A stretch of DNA of 64,000 nucleotides. Source: a virus. The first letter of the stretch is position 1. Every line of letters begins with the position of its first letter. The notes under the pieces are model-generated. The model was not told the origin of the DNA, did no database searches, and was given only the letters and a program-made list of their open reading frames with translations. The position numbers and the translations under genes are program-made. The DNA is taken from the IMG/VR virus record IMGVR_UViG_3300021364_000001, positions 32,001 through 96,000 of that record. One strand, 5' to 3'. Below, piece after piece: positions 1-10,570 of the stretch.

Positions 1-261
1 ATTATATACAGAGATCGAGTTAGGAATACCAAGGTTAGTTGCATTCGCTTGCCACGAAATAGTGGATCCATTGGTATACAAGTATCTACCAGAGTTACCA
101 CTCTGATTAGGAATAATATAACCAGAAGAACCAGTAAGTGTACCATTGATTACGATGTTAGTAACCGTAAGAGTACCATTAGCAGTGATCTGTCCGTTTG
201 AGAAGGACATACCACCCTGATTATTCAGGTCCTTAACTTGTGCAACATTAAGTCTGGTCAT
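1..261 (-). CDS. Tail fibre-like virion protein, N-terminal part (runs off window start)
   Basis: Hand-translated from ATG at 261: MTRLNVAQVKDLNNQGG...PNQSGNSGRYLYTNGSTISW..., open to base 1. The QSGNSGRYLYTNGSTISW stretch resembles a common phage fibre repeat. Late promoter TAAATA at 282-287. Confidence 0.7.
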   Translation of the reverse strand, partial: MTRLNVAQVKDLNNQGGMSFSNGQITANGTLTVTNIVINGTLTGSSGYIIPNQSGNSGRYLYTNGSTISWQANATNLGIPNSISVYN

Positions 262-284
262 TGTTAGAGGATCTTTCTTTGTAT

Positions 285-857
285 TTATTCAGCGACAGGT
301 CTTGTCTCACCATCTTCTAGATATTTCTGATGAGACTCCCACTCGTCGTCAGTGGGATAATAACCAGGAAGGTAGATCATCTTATTTATGTCACTACGTT
401 CCATTCTTTCCATGGTCTCAGCAGTATCAGTATTTGCTGCCATGATAACAATTTCAACTGTTTTCTCAGCAGTAGTACCACCTTCTGTAAACCAGAATGT
501 AGCAGTATATCTATTGTTTTCACCAAGATCTTCTCTACCATCTCCTTTATAGAAACCAGAGATAGTATACTCTTCAAAGATCTTTTGATCTGATTTGATC
601 GGACCTTGCAATTCAACAGAGCAAACAGGTTGCTTAGTTGCTTTACATGTGATGTTCACCCCATATGATAAATCATCATACTCAGTGAATGTTGCACCGT
701 TGCTGCCATTCTTAACAGCACCAAATGCACAGATTAAATCAGGGAAATGAAATACTGTTCGTGAGATAAAAATTGTACCTTTATCGCAATCAAAGATACA
801 ATTAAATCTGTTAAATCTATCTGTATGAGTGATAGTGTCTCTATCAGGAATGTTCAT
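285..857 (-). CDS. Hypothetical protein, probably tail-fibre associated
   Basis: 190-aa ORF coupled by ATGA overlap to the upstream Gly-rich gene; fibre gene context. Confidence 0.6.
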   Translation of the reverse strand: MNIPDRDTITHTDRFNRFNCIFDCDKGTIFISRTVFHFPDLICAFGAVKNGSNGATFTEYDDLSYGVNITCKATKQPVCSVELQGPIKSDQKIFEEYTISGFYKGDGREDLGENNRYTATFWFTEGGTTAEKTVEIVIMAANTDTAETMERMERSDINKMIYLPGYYPTDDEWESHQKYLEDGETRPVAE

Positions 858-1798
858 GATTGTCTCTCATAACCAATTACAATTCGACCAGTGCCACCAT
901 TTCTGTTTCCAGCATTATTTCTAAATGGGTGACTACTTTCTGCCACTGTACCATAGTTTCCTGCTTGTGTCCTACTGCTAGCAGCAACACCACTAACGTG
1001 GTTTGAACCGCCCCCGCCACCACCAGCGCCATGACAATCACAACCAGGGTCACCACCAAGGTTTCCACCTCGGTATCCCCCGCCACCACCACCGCCGCCA
1101 GAGCGGTCGCCACCAGGGCGTCCATTATTACCCACACCACCATTCGCCTGAGCACAGCAAGCGCCACCACCAGCACCACAGGATCCACCCTGTCCGTTCT
1201 GGTTTCCAGCGCCTCCCTGTCCAGCACCGCCACAACCTTCGCGACCACCGCCGCCTCCGCCGCCACCAGCGACTAACCAGATGTTGCCATAAGCGCGTGA
1301 TCCATTGTAGACCACACTACCAGCACCACCACCACCGCCGCCAGCAGAGCAACCACGACAGGCAGCATAGCGTCCCTGTCCACCATTGCACCACGATGAT
1401 CCATTACTACCTCTACCACCAGCACCCCAGCAACCGTGGCAACCAGAACCGTTACCACCACCGCCACCGACGTTAGTATAGAGAGTTGTGCCAGATGTTA
1501 CTGCCTCAAATTCACCATAGGCAAAACCACCTGAACCACCGCCAGCACCACTTTGACCGCCGTTACCACCAGCACCACCCCATGCCCAGATGTATAGGGT
1601 TCCCTGACCATCACCAGTAACATCTTGCACACTAAATGTACTAGATCCTGCGGATTGCCAAGTATGAATTGTTAGAGGAATACCAGTGTCAGGATGATTA
1701 GCAGTAGTTACACTTCCACCACTAGCAGTGACAAATGCTTTGCTAGATCCTGCACCACCAGAACCGAGGGCATTAACTTTGTTTGCTCCAATAGGCAT
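854..1798 (-). CDS. Glycine-rich (polyglycine-II type), Cys-rich tail fibre/adhesin-like protein
   Basis: Repeated GGxGG tracts; the pattern AWGGAGGNG...GGSGGFAYG...TLYTNVGGGGG is typical of Gly-rich domains of phage fibre tips. Confidence 0.7.
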   Translation of the reverse strand: MPIGANKVNALGSGGAGSSKAFVTASGGSVTTANHPDTGIPLTIHTWQSAGSSTFSVQDVTGDGQGTLYIWAWGGAGGNGGQSGAGGGSGGFAYGEFEAVTSGTTLYTNVGGGGGNGSGCHGCWGAGGRGSNGSSWCNGGQGRYAACRGCSAGGGGGGAGSVVYNGSRAYGNIWLVAGGGGGGGGREGCGGAGQGGAGNQNGQGGSCGAGGGACCAQANGGVGNNGRPGGDRSGGGGGGGGYRGGNLGGDPGCDCHGAGGGGGGSNHVSGVAASSRTQAGNYGTVAESSHPFRNNAGNRNGGTGRIVIGYERQS

Positions 1799-1800
1799 GA

Positions 1801-2667
1801 TTAAGCAGAGTAATTAGTAATTGTTACGAAGCAGTACCAGGTAGAACCATTGAGGTAGAACATCATCTGATAACCATCCCAACCACTACCAGGTGTCAAG
1901 TCATTGACGTTATAAAGAACTTGGGCAGTTGAACCATTAACTCTCACAGATGTAATAGCACCATTACCATTAACCTGCTCAATCATCACAGATGCAGCAT
2001 ACATAACGCCACCTTCCTCAGGGACGTTCTGAAAATTAACTGTGATGTTACCGTTATAGTTTGTTGGGTTATTAGTCGAGAATACTGATGCCAGTGAGTG
2101 ATCAAGGTTTACTACACTTGACTTAGCAAAAGAAACATGTCTTTCTTTTGTTTGTCCAAATTCAAATGTAGCACCTGGGATCATTCTCAGGTGATTGTTG
2201 ACAGCAATGTTATCGAAATATCTATACGCTGACAGATCTTCGTCAGCACCAATCAGTGTCCATGTTGCACCATTCTCAATGGTAACTGTATAACCATTAG
2301 AGATGGTAATCGGAGCAGCAGAGAAACCGTTGCTAAACTCTACACCACCATTAGCACTAGGACCAACGATAATGTTCTCGCTAATCGTAGTTCCATTAGT
2401 TCTGATAATAGAATCATCACCAACGGAAGGACCACCACCACCAACATCATCCCAACCAGGTGTACCAGGTCCCGCTACATCAGGAAGATAACCTTGGAAA
2501 ATTCCTTCGGTAGTATTGAATACGATAGTTCCAAGGGGAACTGTACCCAATGCATTGATTTGCGTCTGGTTGAGAGTAGGCAGATTGACTTGCTCTGTAA
2601 CTTGCAGAGCGGTAATAACTGCTCTGGTTACAGCATCAATCTGATTGCCTATAATTTTGGTGGTCAT
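1801..2667 (-). CDS. Virion structural protein (tail fibre-associated)
   Basis: 288-aa T/N/G-rich beta-type ORF within the structural operon. Confidence 0.6.
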   Translation of the reverse strand: MTTKIIGNQIDAVTRAVITALQVTEQVNLPTLNQTQINALGTVPLGTIVFNTTEGIFQGYLPDVAGPGTPGWDDVGGGGPSVGDDSIIRTNGTTISENIIVGPSANGGVEFSNGFSAAPITISNGYTVTIENGATWTLIGADEDLSAYRYFDNIAVNNHLRMIPGATFEFGQTKERHVSFAKSSVVNLDHSLASVFSTNNPTNYNGNITVNFQNVPEEGGVMYAASVMIEQVNGNGAITSVRVNGSTAQVLYNVNDLTPGSGWDGYQMMFYLNGSTWYCFVTITNYSA

Positions 2668-2686
2668 TTATTTTATTCGGAAGGTT

Positions 2687-5600
2687 TTAGATAACGAGTT
2701 CACGAATATGGATTGTGTCACCAGTTGCAGGGGGTGTAGCGATAGAGAAGTCAACAGCATTACCTGTTACTGTATAATCTACACCAGGGGTCTGTGCAAC
2801 ACCATTAAGGAATACCAAGACAGAATATGCAGTGTGTCCAGGTGAGATACCAAACGTTTGTGAGGAACCATCACCGCTATACGTCACACCATTATTACCA
2901 TTAGCAATACCAGTTGCTAATGAGTATTTATCAGCGCATCCATACTTACCAGTAACATCGATGTCACCATCAAAGTATGTGTTACCACTGATCTTCAAGC
3001 GGTTAGATGCATCAGGTGCCATACCAATACCATAGTTGGTAGTGCCACTGAATCTGTTAGATGTGATCGGAGTGGTATCACTCAGACCAAACTTATACCA
3101 GGTGCCAGAATCATAGATCCAACCAAGAGATTGACCAGGTGTCCAGTCAATGTTATAGCAAATGTCTCCACTGTTGAATGCAAGACCAGCGTCAAGATCA
3201 GGCAGACCAGAACCTAACTCTTCGGCAAGGAATGTCTGCCTCAGAACAGTACCATCATCGTTCGAGTAGGTAAAGTTCAGAGACTGAATCTGATCCTGTG
3301 AAGTAATCTTCTTCTGGAAGGTTACAGGACCTGAGAACACAGACTCCAACTGGTTAGATGCACCACCGATAACAGTAAGTTTATCAGTCAGCACCAACTC
3401 AGAGAAGGTTTCAATCGTTGTACCTTCTTCACCCAACACATTCAACTGTGCAATATCTTCGTTAGTGATCTGACCCGTAACAGGGTTAATCACCTGGTTA
3501 CCAACGAACAGTTCACCGTCAGAGTTCACACCAGAGTAGTATGCAACACCTGCTGCTTCTTTGAGTGACTGAGACAATCTAACCTGCTCAGGTGAGAGAA
3601 CCTCAACCTGAGTAGATGGGAATGCTGTTGAGTAGTTACCAGGACCGAAACCAAGATACTCAAACGTGTGACCAGATGCACGCAGAATAGAATAACGACG
3701 GAGTTCAATACTCAGAGGAGCGATAGAACCATCAGTGTTGAGTTTCAGAGGAATCTTTCTATCTTCCTCATCACCCAGACGTGCAGTCACAACAATGTTA
3801 GACAGAGTATTTGTTGTGGTGGTATAACCAAGGTTGTTATTTCCTTCAAGCAGGAAGAACTGTGCAGTCTCCTTAGTAATAGACAACTGAGTGTCTTCAT
3901 TAGGAGTAGGACTTGCACCATCAGTAGTTCTAACCAGACCCAGAATCTCATTGTCTGCGACAGAAACAGCAGCAGCAGGGTCATCAACAGGGTTATCTCT
4001 GTCGAATGCAGGATAGATGTCTACTGTCTGTTGAGAGAACTCAAAGTCATCAAAGTTAGAGGTGATGGGAGATACTGACGCAGACAGAACTGTAAGGTAG
4101 TAGATACCATCAGTTTCACCAATCACGAACTCTTGGAATGTTTCTACATCATAGATGTAGTAAGTCTTAGAGTATGCAGGTGAGTTAGTTTCAGATGATC
4201 TAGGTTGCAGTACGAAACCAGTAATCGGAGGACGAGGAATCGGGAATGCATCCTTATCCAGGACATAACGGAAACGATAAGTTCTGTCAGTCAGATCACG
4301 AGCATCAGGTACACGACGTATAAAAGTAGTAGGAGTAAATCCAAGGTTCTGATACAGCGAGTTTGCTTGCAGTGTGGTGTAGATAGTATTGTTAGCGTTA
4401 TCTACTTGCAGATACCACTGACCACGGTTTGTATCATACTTGATTGGGTTCTCATCATCACCTGCTCTTGTGCCAGTTACATCAGGACCAGAGGGTGAAA
4501 TATCAGCATAGTGTGTAGTGGGTTCAGACGCGCCAGCAGCAACAAGTGCTACATATACTCTGTCAGGAGTATTAACATCATCACGTCTTGCACCAATAGT
4601 ATAACCCTGAATCTTGCTAGGCGGTCTACCTAATTCAGAGGTGTAACCATATAAGTACAAACGCGAGTTATCTGCTTCTGCTCGGGTGGCGTTGATGTCG
4701 ATAGTAACCCAGTTAATCGAGATCTCATCAACGTCATCCAGCGACTTGGGTGGGATAACGTGAGTAATTTGTCCTGCCTTGTCCTTTGTGAAGGCAGTTG
4801 CCTTAAATCCTTTTGATCGCAGGGATGTATTTCCGAAATTACTATTACTGTTGGTAATAGAAAGGTCACCACCACTGTCAGCGAAGAAATGATCGCCAAA
4901 TCCCACAGCGAACACAGACACAACCTGAATGAATGAATCATTGGATGCCTTAATGTGCGCGTGACGCCATCCTTTACGGTACTCAGCAAGACCATTAATG
5001 TGTGCGCCAGATCCTGCTGCTTGTGGTTCATAGTTTCCAGAGGAAGGGTTATAAACTACAAATGCACGGTCATCCTTTTGAAGGGAGATGCCAGTGAACT
5101 GTGCAACCACCATCGATTTGAAACCAGTTGCACGCGAACCATCAGCGTGCATACCATTGATACCCCAAACAGAACGTAGGGACATGTTAAACACATATGG
5201 TGACGCAGAGTCAACCGTGTCAATCTCAACTTTAACAAGGATGTTTGAACCGATAGCATTACCTGAGGGTTCTGCTGACATCTGATAAGTAAACTGGTTA
5301 CCCTGTGCAGATGTTACCAGGAACGATCCATTATAGAGTAGTTTATCCTGCTCAGTAGGACCATTAACGCCAGAAATGTTAACAGCGACACCCACGGAGA
5401 ATCCATGATTCTTCGGGTTACCGATCTCGTCAACAGTAAACGCCGTAGCAGTTTGTCCATTTCTGATAATCTGCGATACAGCAAATTCGTCCGAGATCGG
5501 ACCCACAATTCTGTTTTCTTCGATTCTTGCTTGCAACTGGTCCTGTGCAACCACACCAGAGGAGTCAGGAATTGTAGCGTATGCTTTCGAGATCTTCTGG

Positions 5601-6262
5601 TAGTACAGGTTCAGATCATCTACGTTAGCAAACTCAAAGCAAGTGAGTTTGTGGTGAGAGAAGTTAGGAGCAATAGTTGCAATATCATCACCACGATAGT
5701 AGACACCATTGGTATCACCATCGAAGAAGGATGCCTGCCAGAAGTAACAACCACCAGTTAAGTTAAAGATCGCAGAAGCAGTAGGTTCATTAGTAGCAGT
5801 AATACCGAGACTACCCTGTACTGTGGGATACGGGACATATTTTGGAATGAACTTGGTTCGACGTAAGTCCGAACCAACAACAGAGCAACCACGAGGGACA
5901 ATAACACCACCGCGAGTTGAATTAAACCTATAAAGAACATTGCTACTACTCGTTAGGTCAAAGTTAGTATTAGCGTCAAACGGTTGAATATCATTATAAT
6001 CTGCTACCCCAGGTCTGTTATCCAGAACGTAGTCAGAAGGATACAGATAGATCGAGAATGCGTCGAATTCGTCATTACTCAGACCAACACGATAGGAGAA
6101 TCGTGCCACTTCAAGAAACGCACGTTGTAATGTCTTAAACGGACGCAATGCCGAGTTACCTCGGTTATCATATGCGTCCGATGCATCGAAGTCGTCAGGG
6201 TTGACGTAGATAATACGTCCAGTCCTAGACGTGATGATATTTTTAAGACGAGTTAGTGCCAT
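2687..6262 (-). CDS. Large virion structural protein (cyanomyovirus type)
   Basis: 1191 aa, N-term MALTRLKNIITSRTGRIIYVNP...; late promoter TAAATA at 6304-6309 upstream. Confidence 0.7.
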   Translation of the reverse strand: MALTRLKNIITSRTGRIIYVNPDDFDASDAYDNRGNSALRPFKTLQRAFLEVARFSYRVGLSNDEFDAFSIYLYPSDYVLDNRPGVADYNDIQPFDANTNFDLTSSSNVLYRFNSTRGGVIVPRGCSVVGSDLRRTKFIPKYVPYPTVQGSLGITATNEPTASAIFNLTGGCYFWQASFFDGDTNGVYYRGDDIATIAPNFSHHKLTCFEFANVDDLNLYYQKISKAYATIPDSSGVVAQDQLQARIEENRIVGPISDEFAVSQIIRNGQTATAFTVDEIGNPKNHGFSVGVAVNISGVNGPTEQDKLLYNGSFLVTSAQGNQFTYQMSAEPSGNAIGSNILVKVEIDTVDSASPYVFNMSLRSVWGINGMHADGSRATGFKSMVVAQFTGISLQKDDRAFVVYNPSSGNYEPQAAGSGAHINGLAEYRKGWRHAHIKASNDSFIQVVSVFAVGFGDHFFADSGGDLSITNSNSNFGNTSLRSKGFKATAFTKDKAGQITHVIPPKSLDDVDEISINWVTIDINATRAEADNSRLYLYGYTSELGRPPSKIQGYTIGARRDDVNTPDRVYVALVAAGASEPTTHYADISPSGPDVTGTRAGDDENPIKYDTNRGQWYLQVDNANNTIYTTLQANSLYQNLGFTPTTFIRRVPDARDLTDRTYRFRYVLDKDAFPIPRPPITGFVLQPRSSETNSPAYSKTYYIYDVETFQEFVIGETDGIYYLTVLSASVSPITSNFDDFEFSQQTVDIYPAFDRDNPVDDPAAAVSVADNEILGLVRTTDGASPTPNEDTQLSITKETAQFFLLEGNNNLGYTTTTNTLSNIVVTARLGDEEDRKIPLKLNTDGSIAPLSIELRRYSILRASGHTFEYLGFGPGNYSTAFPSTQVEVLSPEQVRLSQSLKEAAGVAYYSGVNSDGELFVGNQVINPVTGQITNEDIAQLNVLGEEGTTIETFSELVLTDKLTVIGGASNQLESVFSGPVTFQKKITSQDQIQSLNFTYSNDDGTVLRQTFLAEELGSGLPDLDAGLAFNSGDICYNIDWTPGQSLGWIYDSGTWYKFGLSDTTPITSNRFSGTTNYGIGMAPDASNRLKISGNTYFDGDIDVTGKYGCADKYSLATGIANGNNGVTYSGDGSSQTFGISPGHTAYSVLVFLNGVAQTPGVDYTVTGNAVDFSIATPPATGDTIHIRELVI

Positions 6263-6309
6263 TTATCGGTATTCCGTACTAGGGTCGCGGTTAGTCTCAG
6301 GACTATTTA

Positions 6310-8526
6310 TTAAGGTGTACCAGTGCCACCACCATCGTCTGCATCCTTAGCGTTCAGCAGGAAGGTGTAATCCTCAGATACAGTCTCGAAACCATCAACA
6401 ACGTAGGAAAGATCCCCAGCAGAAGAATAAACCAACAGGTTTTGACCAGGACCAACAACAATGCCAGTCACTTTGTCGTACTGATTAGCAGCAACCTGAA
6501 CATCGTATGCAATATAGTCTTCTGCATTAGCATAAGTCACTGCGGTTGCACCTACCTGATCCCCAGTACCAATACCATTGGTATCGAATGTCAGGTTTGC
6601 AGCACCACCGCCACCAAGCACAGCGTCAGTCAGTGTAAGAGTTTCAGCATCTGCATAATCCTTACCACCGTTGACCAAAGTAACAGTAGCAGCACCAGAA
6701 CCATCAACACTAACATCTACTACAAGACCTGTTCCGCTACCACCAGTAGGAGACAGACCAGCATAATCCCCAGTAGCACGAGAAGCATCAGCAGCACTAA
6801 CGTTGTTTAGAGCAAGAACTTTACCAGTGACAACCTGAGTCATGGTACGGTTACCATTAATCAGTGTCGGTGTATCGTAGAACTGATCATTAACTTCAAA
6901 TGGTTCAGAATCACCATCAAGGGAGATCTTCAATACATTACGATCAGCATCAAAGTCATGTACGAAACCCCAAGGACCAGGAGTTACACCACCTGTTTGA
7001 ATAGTATACGTTGTACCACCAATAGTAAATTGGTCAGCAGCAGCAAATGTTTCACCACGAAGTTGATAGATGTAGATCTCTTCGTAAGGAGGATTCAGTT
7101 CCGTTCCCAGTGCATGACCAAATCCAGCATTAGCATCAGCAGTGTTAGCAACAGCAGGTTCTGCATATGCATATAGGTTCAATGCAGTTGCTTCACTAAT
7201 TACAATTTCAAGGTAACCATCAGTTCCAGCAGTACCACCCTTAGTAACACCAGTGGTATATTCAACACCAGTCAAACTTTGTGTACCATCATCTTCTTCC
7301 GAAAGTCGGAAAGGATGACCAGTATTAGAAACATCAGACTGATCATAGCGATAGGTTCTTTCGTTATCGAAACGAACAATGGCAGCACCAATAATAGGGA
7401 ACTCATAAGGACCTGCAATATCACCTTGGGAGATGATAAAGCGTTCGTTGTTCTCAATGTTATTAGTACCCTGAGAGAAGTTCAGGTCAATAGTTGCAGA
7501 AGAGTCGCCGCCCTGAACGCTCTCTGCTTCACTCCACCAGTTCAGATAATAATCACCAGAGTCAGTGAGTTGAGTAATACTAGTACCATCAGTGTGGTCA
7601 ACAGCAGATGTACCATACTGACCACGAGTAACAGTCAGATCATTACCTGCGACAGTTTCAATATAAAGAATTTCATTGGAGATCCTAATATAAGAACCTT
7701 CCAGGAAACCAGTTGCATCAGTTACTGTAAGGGTAACATCAGCAGCAGCATAAGTAGCACCTTCATTAATCGTCGTAGTCGTTGCAGAATCAATGAACGA
7801 CTTGGCAAAAGTACCAGCACTGAGAGCACTTGCGGTTGTGCCGTATACACCACGAGTAACAGTCAATGTATTGCTGTTGGTATCAATACCAGAAGGATCA
7901 ATTTGAATGATCTCAGTACCTGTTTCTGTGGGATCAGACGATATAAACAGAAGTGTATTATCAGCAAGACCAGTATTACGAGAAACTTGTACTGTGGTTG
8001 CGGCAGCGCCAACATCAGGAGTTGTCATATACAGGGTGCCTGTGCCACCATCATAGGCACGAAGAGTACCAGTCAGACTAGATGTTGCACCAGTAATGGT
8101 TTCACCTATCTCAAAAATACCAATCAGGTTATCAACCAGAGTATCAATAGGATATACTCTATCAACTTGAACGTATCTGTTTACTGTTGCAGTATCCTTA
8201 TACACATCCAGCAGTTTAGCAATACCACCGTTGATAGATGCTAGGTCAGTACCAGGAACGGCAGCACTAAACGTAATGCCAGGGTTAATTTTCAGTTTAT
8301 ATCCACTGATCGGGTTGCCCTTCTGAAACTTATACTGAGAAGGTTCGTTACCATCCAGTGTAAGAATCTGATCGTAATTTCTCAGGGCAGTGCGATAAGT
8401 TGCTGCTGAACCACTCTGGTTAGCAACAGTCATCACTGTCGATGCAGTGCTTTCAATATCAACTCGATAGAGTTCTGTATTAGTAGTGGCAGCGGGTTTT
8501 GACGCTGCGAGTCTTCCTGCTGTCAT
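6310..8526 (-). CDS. Virion structural protein with duplicated beta-rich modules
   Basis: 738 aa, T/G/D-rich; internal repeat LTVTRGVYGTTA / LTVTRGQYGTSA. Confidence 0.65.
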   Translation of the reverse strand: MTAGRLAASKPAATTNTELYRVDIESTASTVMTVANQSGSAATYRTALRNYDQILTLDGNEPSQYKFQKGNPISGYKLKINPGITFSAAVPGTDLASINGGIAKLLDVYKDTATVNRYVQVDRVYPIDTLVDNLIGIFEIGETITGATSSLTGTLRAYDGGTGTLYMTTPDVGAAATTVQVSRNTGLADNTLLFISSDPTETGTEIIQIDPSGIDTNSNTLTVTRGVYGTTASALSAGTFAKSFIDSATTTTINEGATYAAADVTLTVTDATGFLEGSYIRISNEILYIETVAGNDLTVTRGQYGTSAVDHTDGTSITQLTDSGDYYLNWWSEAESVQGGDSSATIDLNFSQGTNNIENNERFIISQGDIAGPYEFPIIGAAIVRFDNERTYRYDQSDVSNTGHPFRLSEEDDGTQSLTGVEYTTGVTKGGTAGTDGYLEIVISEATALNLYAYAEPAVANTADANAGFGHALGTELNPPYEEIYIYQLRGETFAAADQFTIGGTTYTIQTGGVTPGPWGFVHDFDADRNVLKISLDGDSEPFEVNDQFYDTPTLINGNRTMTQVVTGKVLALNNVSAADASRATGDYAGLSPTGGSGTGLVVDVSVDGSGAATVTLVNGGKDYADAETLTLTDAVLGGGGAANLTFDTNGIGTGDQVGATAVTYANAEDYIAYDVQVAANQYDKVTGIVVGPGQNLLVYSSAGDLSYVVDGFETVSEDYTFLLNAKDADDGGGTGTP

Positions 8527-8533
8527 TTGTTAA

Positions 8534-9868
8534 TTACCATCCTGCCTGAAAATAAGATTGGAGTCTGAGTTGCCCACCAAGAACGGGAGCAGAGAGAGCA
8601 CCACCGAAACTAACACCCACTGCTTCAATGTTATTTGTAGAAAGCAGAGTAGCATTACCTGCGGGGAACCTAATAGTTACATCGTCCTCAATGTTCGATG
8701 CGTCAATAGTAATGATACCGTTGAGATTATCAGGATTGTTAATCCTCATATACTCCATCGTCTTGTTCGCAAGAGTTTGTGTTGCTCTTTCTGCGACGAT
8801 GACGTTTTGACTAGTACCATTATTTAGAGGGGCAACCACAGAACCCTCAGGGAATGTCCAAGAGTAGTTCGTGTTGTCGTTTAGGTTGCCAAGGTTGAAT
8901 GTAATCTTCTTGGATGACTCCGCAGTGTCCTCGAAGATAGCACCTTTATATACCTTGTTAGTAAGAGTTTGTGTTGATGCCTCACCAACAACTGTGACGT
9001 TCAAGTCGGGGAACGTAACAGTTCTATTACTAGTGAGAACACTGGAATTGAAGATTACATAATGAGTGGGATCATTCTCATCAGTAGAAGGAGTGTTTGA
9101 GAACGTGGGATTAACCATGTTCTTGTTATACACATCCTGCTGTGTCACATCATCCAACAGTGTGGACTGCGAAACAGCAACACCAAAGTCAGGTAGACGA
9201 TAAATGTGCTGACCAGGTGCATCCCAGGCATCAGTCTCAAACTTAGCAATCTTAGCAGTATCAGTAGAACCTGTGATGCTAAGATCAGTGTCTTTGATGA
9301 TGATAGTCTTGTTCGTAATCGACTGATAGGTATCAGTAGCGACGAACGTTGTGACTGTATTTCCACCGACAGAAGGGAAGTCGAATCGCTTCGTACCACC
9401 TGCGGTAGAAACAGTGTCTACGTTGAATACAACTCTCTTAGAGGCATTTTGATCACCAACAAAGTAGGTTGCAGAGTCAGTAAACTGTGCTTGTCCAGTA
9501 ACACTGAAATATCCAGATCCTTGCGGTTGAATAAACAGGTTAGCATTGGCAGCAGCACTGTCCTGAATTGCCATTCTGATGGTAGAAGAACCATCAGAGT
9601 TAGAGATTCTGGACTGATACAATGACGCACTACCAAATGTAATGCCGATTTCGTTGACCGCCGATTGGAATAAACCAGTATCTCGGTCCAAGTCAAACGC
9701 CATGCCTGGCGCAGACGCAGATCCCGCAGCGATAGATCTAAAAAGTTGATTAACCTTAGACTTCCTGTTGGGAATCAGCGGGTCCGAGATAACAATCGGG
9801 AGAATTGCTTCTCCCGTTACCAGTTCATCAGCAATCGTATCAAGTTGTGATATTCTTTTAGTACCCAC
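8534..9868 (-). CDS. Tail fibre-like structural protein
   Basis: 444 aa; GSASAPGMAFDLDRDTGLF fibre-type motif and repeated 'QTLTNK' units; TATAAATA at 9899-9906 upstream. Confidence 0.65.
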   Translation of the reverse strand: MGTKRISQLDTIADELVTGEAILPIVISDPLIPNRKSKVNQLFRSIAAGSASAPGMAFDLDRDTGLFQSAVNEIGITFGSASLYQSRISNSDGSSTIRMAIQDSAAANANLFIQPQGSGYFSVTGQAQFTDSATYFVGDQNASKRVVFNVDTVSTAGGTKRFDFPSVGGNTVTTFVATDTYQSITNKTIIIKDTDLSITGSTDTAKIAKFETDAWDAPGQHIYRLPDFGVAVSQSTLLDDVTQQDVYNKNMVNPTFSNTPSTDENDPTHYVIFNSSVLTSNRTVTFPDLNVTVVGEASTQTLTNKVYKGAIFEDTAESSKKITFNLGNLNDNTNYSWTFPEGSVVAPLNNGTSQNVIVAERATQTLANKTMEYMRINNPDNLNGIITIDASNIEDDVTIRFPAGNATLLSTNNIEAVGVSFGGALSAPVLGGQLRLQSYFQAGW

Positions 9869-9901
9869 TGAGACTCACTTGGCGCTGTTCTTCCCTGTTA
9901 T

Positions 9902-10195
9902 TTATAAGGTAACATCTCTGTGTCCTTTCGCTAATGACAGGGCATCTGCATAGCGATCAGCATGTCGCTGATGGTACTCTCGCGCTTCGTCAAGTTCCGC
10001 CAAGAATTCTTCATAGAACTGACGTGGACTGACATCCTCATCATTGAAGTAATCATTGATGCAGTCAGCAAGACGGTCCCTACGCTGTTTAGCATAGATC
10101 TTGTTGTTGAATTCAACAGGATCAGGACTAACGATCTTAGGAATACCTTCTTGGGCATCTTTGAGGATCTCTTGATAGAACTGGTCGTCGCTCAT
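9902..10195 (-). CDS. Hypothetical protein
   Basis: 97-aa ORF, coupled to upstream ORF by ATGA overlap. Confidence 0.6.
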   Translation of the reverse strand: MSDDQFYQEILKDAQEGIPKIVSPDPVEFNNKIYAKQRRDRLADCINDYFNDEDVSPRQFYEEFLAELDEAREYHQRHADRYADALSLAKGHRDVTL

Positions 10196-10404
10196 TGCGC
10201 TTCCTTCACACGGACCTCAATAGTATAGGCAGGTTGGGCAGATTTGTCAACCTTGCCCCAGTGCCTGATCACCCCTGCCACAATGAAACAGTTAGTGACA
10301 AAATAAGTGAGAAGTACAGCAGTGCGTATACAAGCAATGATGTCTGCCTCTCGTTCATCTCTACCTTCCTTCTGTCCGAGTGCCTTTGCCCAGAGTCTCC
10401 ACAT
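10192..10404 (-). CDS. Small hypothetical membrane protein
   Basis: MWRLWAKALGQKEG...; one hydrophobic segment. ATG at 10404 preferred over TTG at 10419. Confidence 0.6.
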   Translation of the reverse strand: MWRLWAKALGQKEGRDEREADIIACIRTAVLLTYFVTNCFIVAGVIRHWGKVDKSAQPAYTIEVRVKEAQ

Positions 10405-10419
10405 ATTTCTTTCTTCCAA

Positions 10420-10491
10420 CTCCCCCTCCTGGGATCGAACCAGGGACCAAACGATTAACAGTCGTTCGCTCTACCGCTGAGCTAAGGAGGA
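10420..10491 (-). tRNA. tRNA-Asn(GTT)
   Basis: TCCTCCT/AGGGGGA acceptor, D arm AGCTCAGCGGTAGAGC, anticodon arm ACGAC-T-GTT-AA-TCGT, GGTTCGATCC T-loop; no encoded CCA. Confidence 0.95.
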
Positions 10492-10496
10492 ACGAG

Positions 10497-10570
10497 AGCC
10501 TGATAACGGACTTGAACCGTTGACCTACGGTTTACAAAACCGTTGCTCTATCCAGCTGAGCTAATCAGGC
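10497..10570 (-). tRNA. tRNA-Thr(TGT)
   Basis: GCCTGAT/ATCAGGC acceptor, anticodon arm ACGGT-TT-TGT-AA-ACCGT, GGTTCAAGTCC T-loop; no encoded CCA. Confidence 0.95.

Noticed and set aside
877-1476. His/Arg-rich and Val/Ala-rich alternative ORFs over the Gly-rich gene
   Set aside because: By-products of GGT/GGC repeats read in other frames.
7279-8244. 321-aa plus-strand ORF antisense to a structural gene
   Set aside because: Shadow frame of a codon-biased minus-strand gene; no RBS or recognisable motifs. The same applies to 22368-23339, 29206-29988, 40159-40983, 55362-56342 and 60445-61299.
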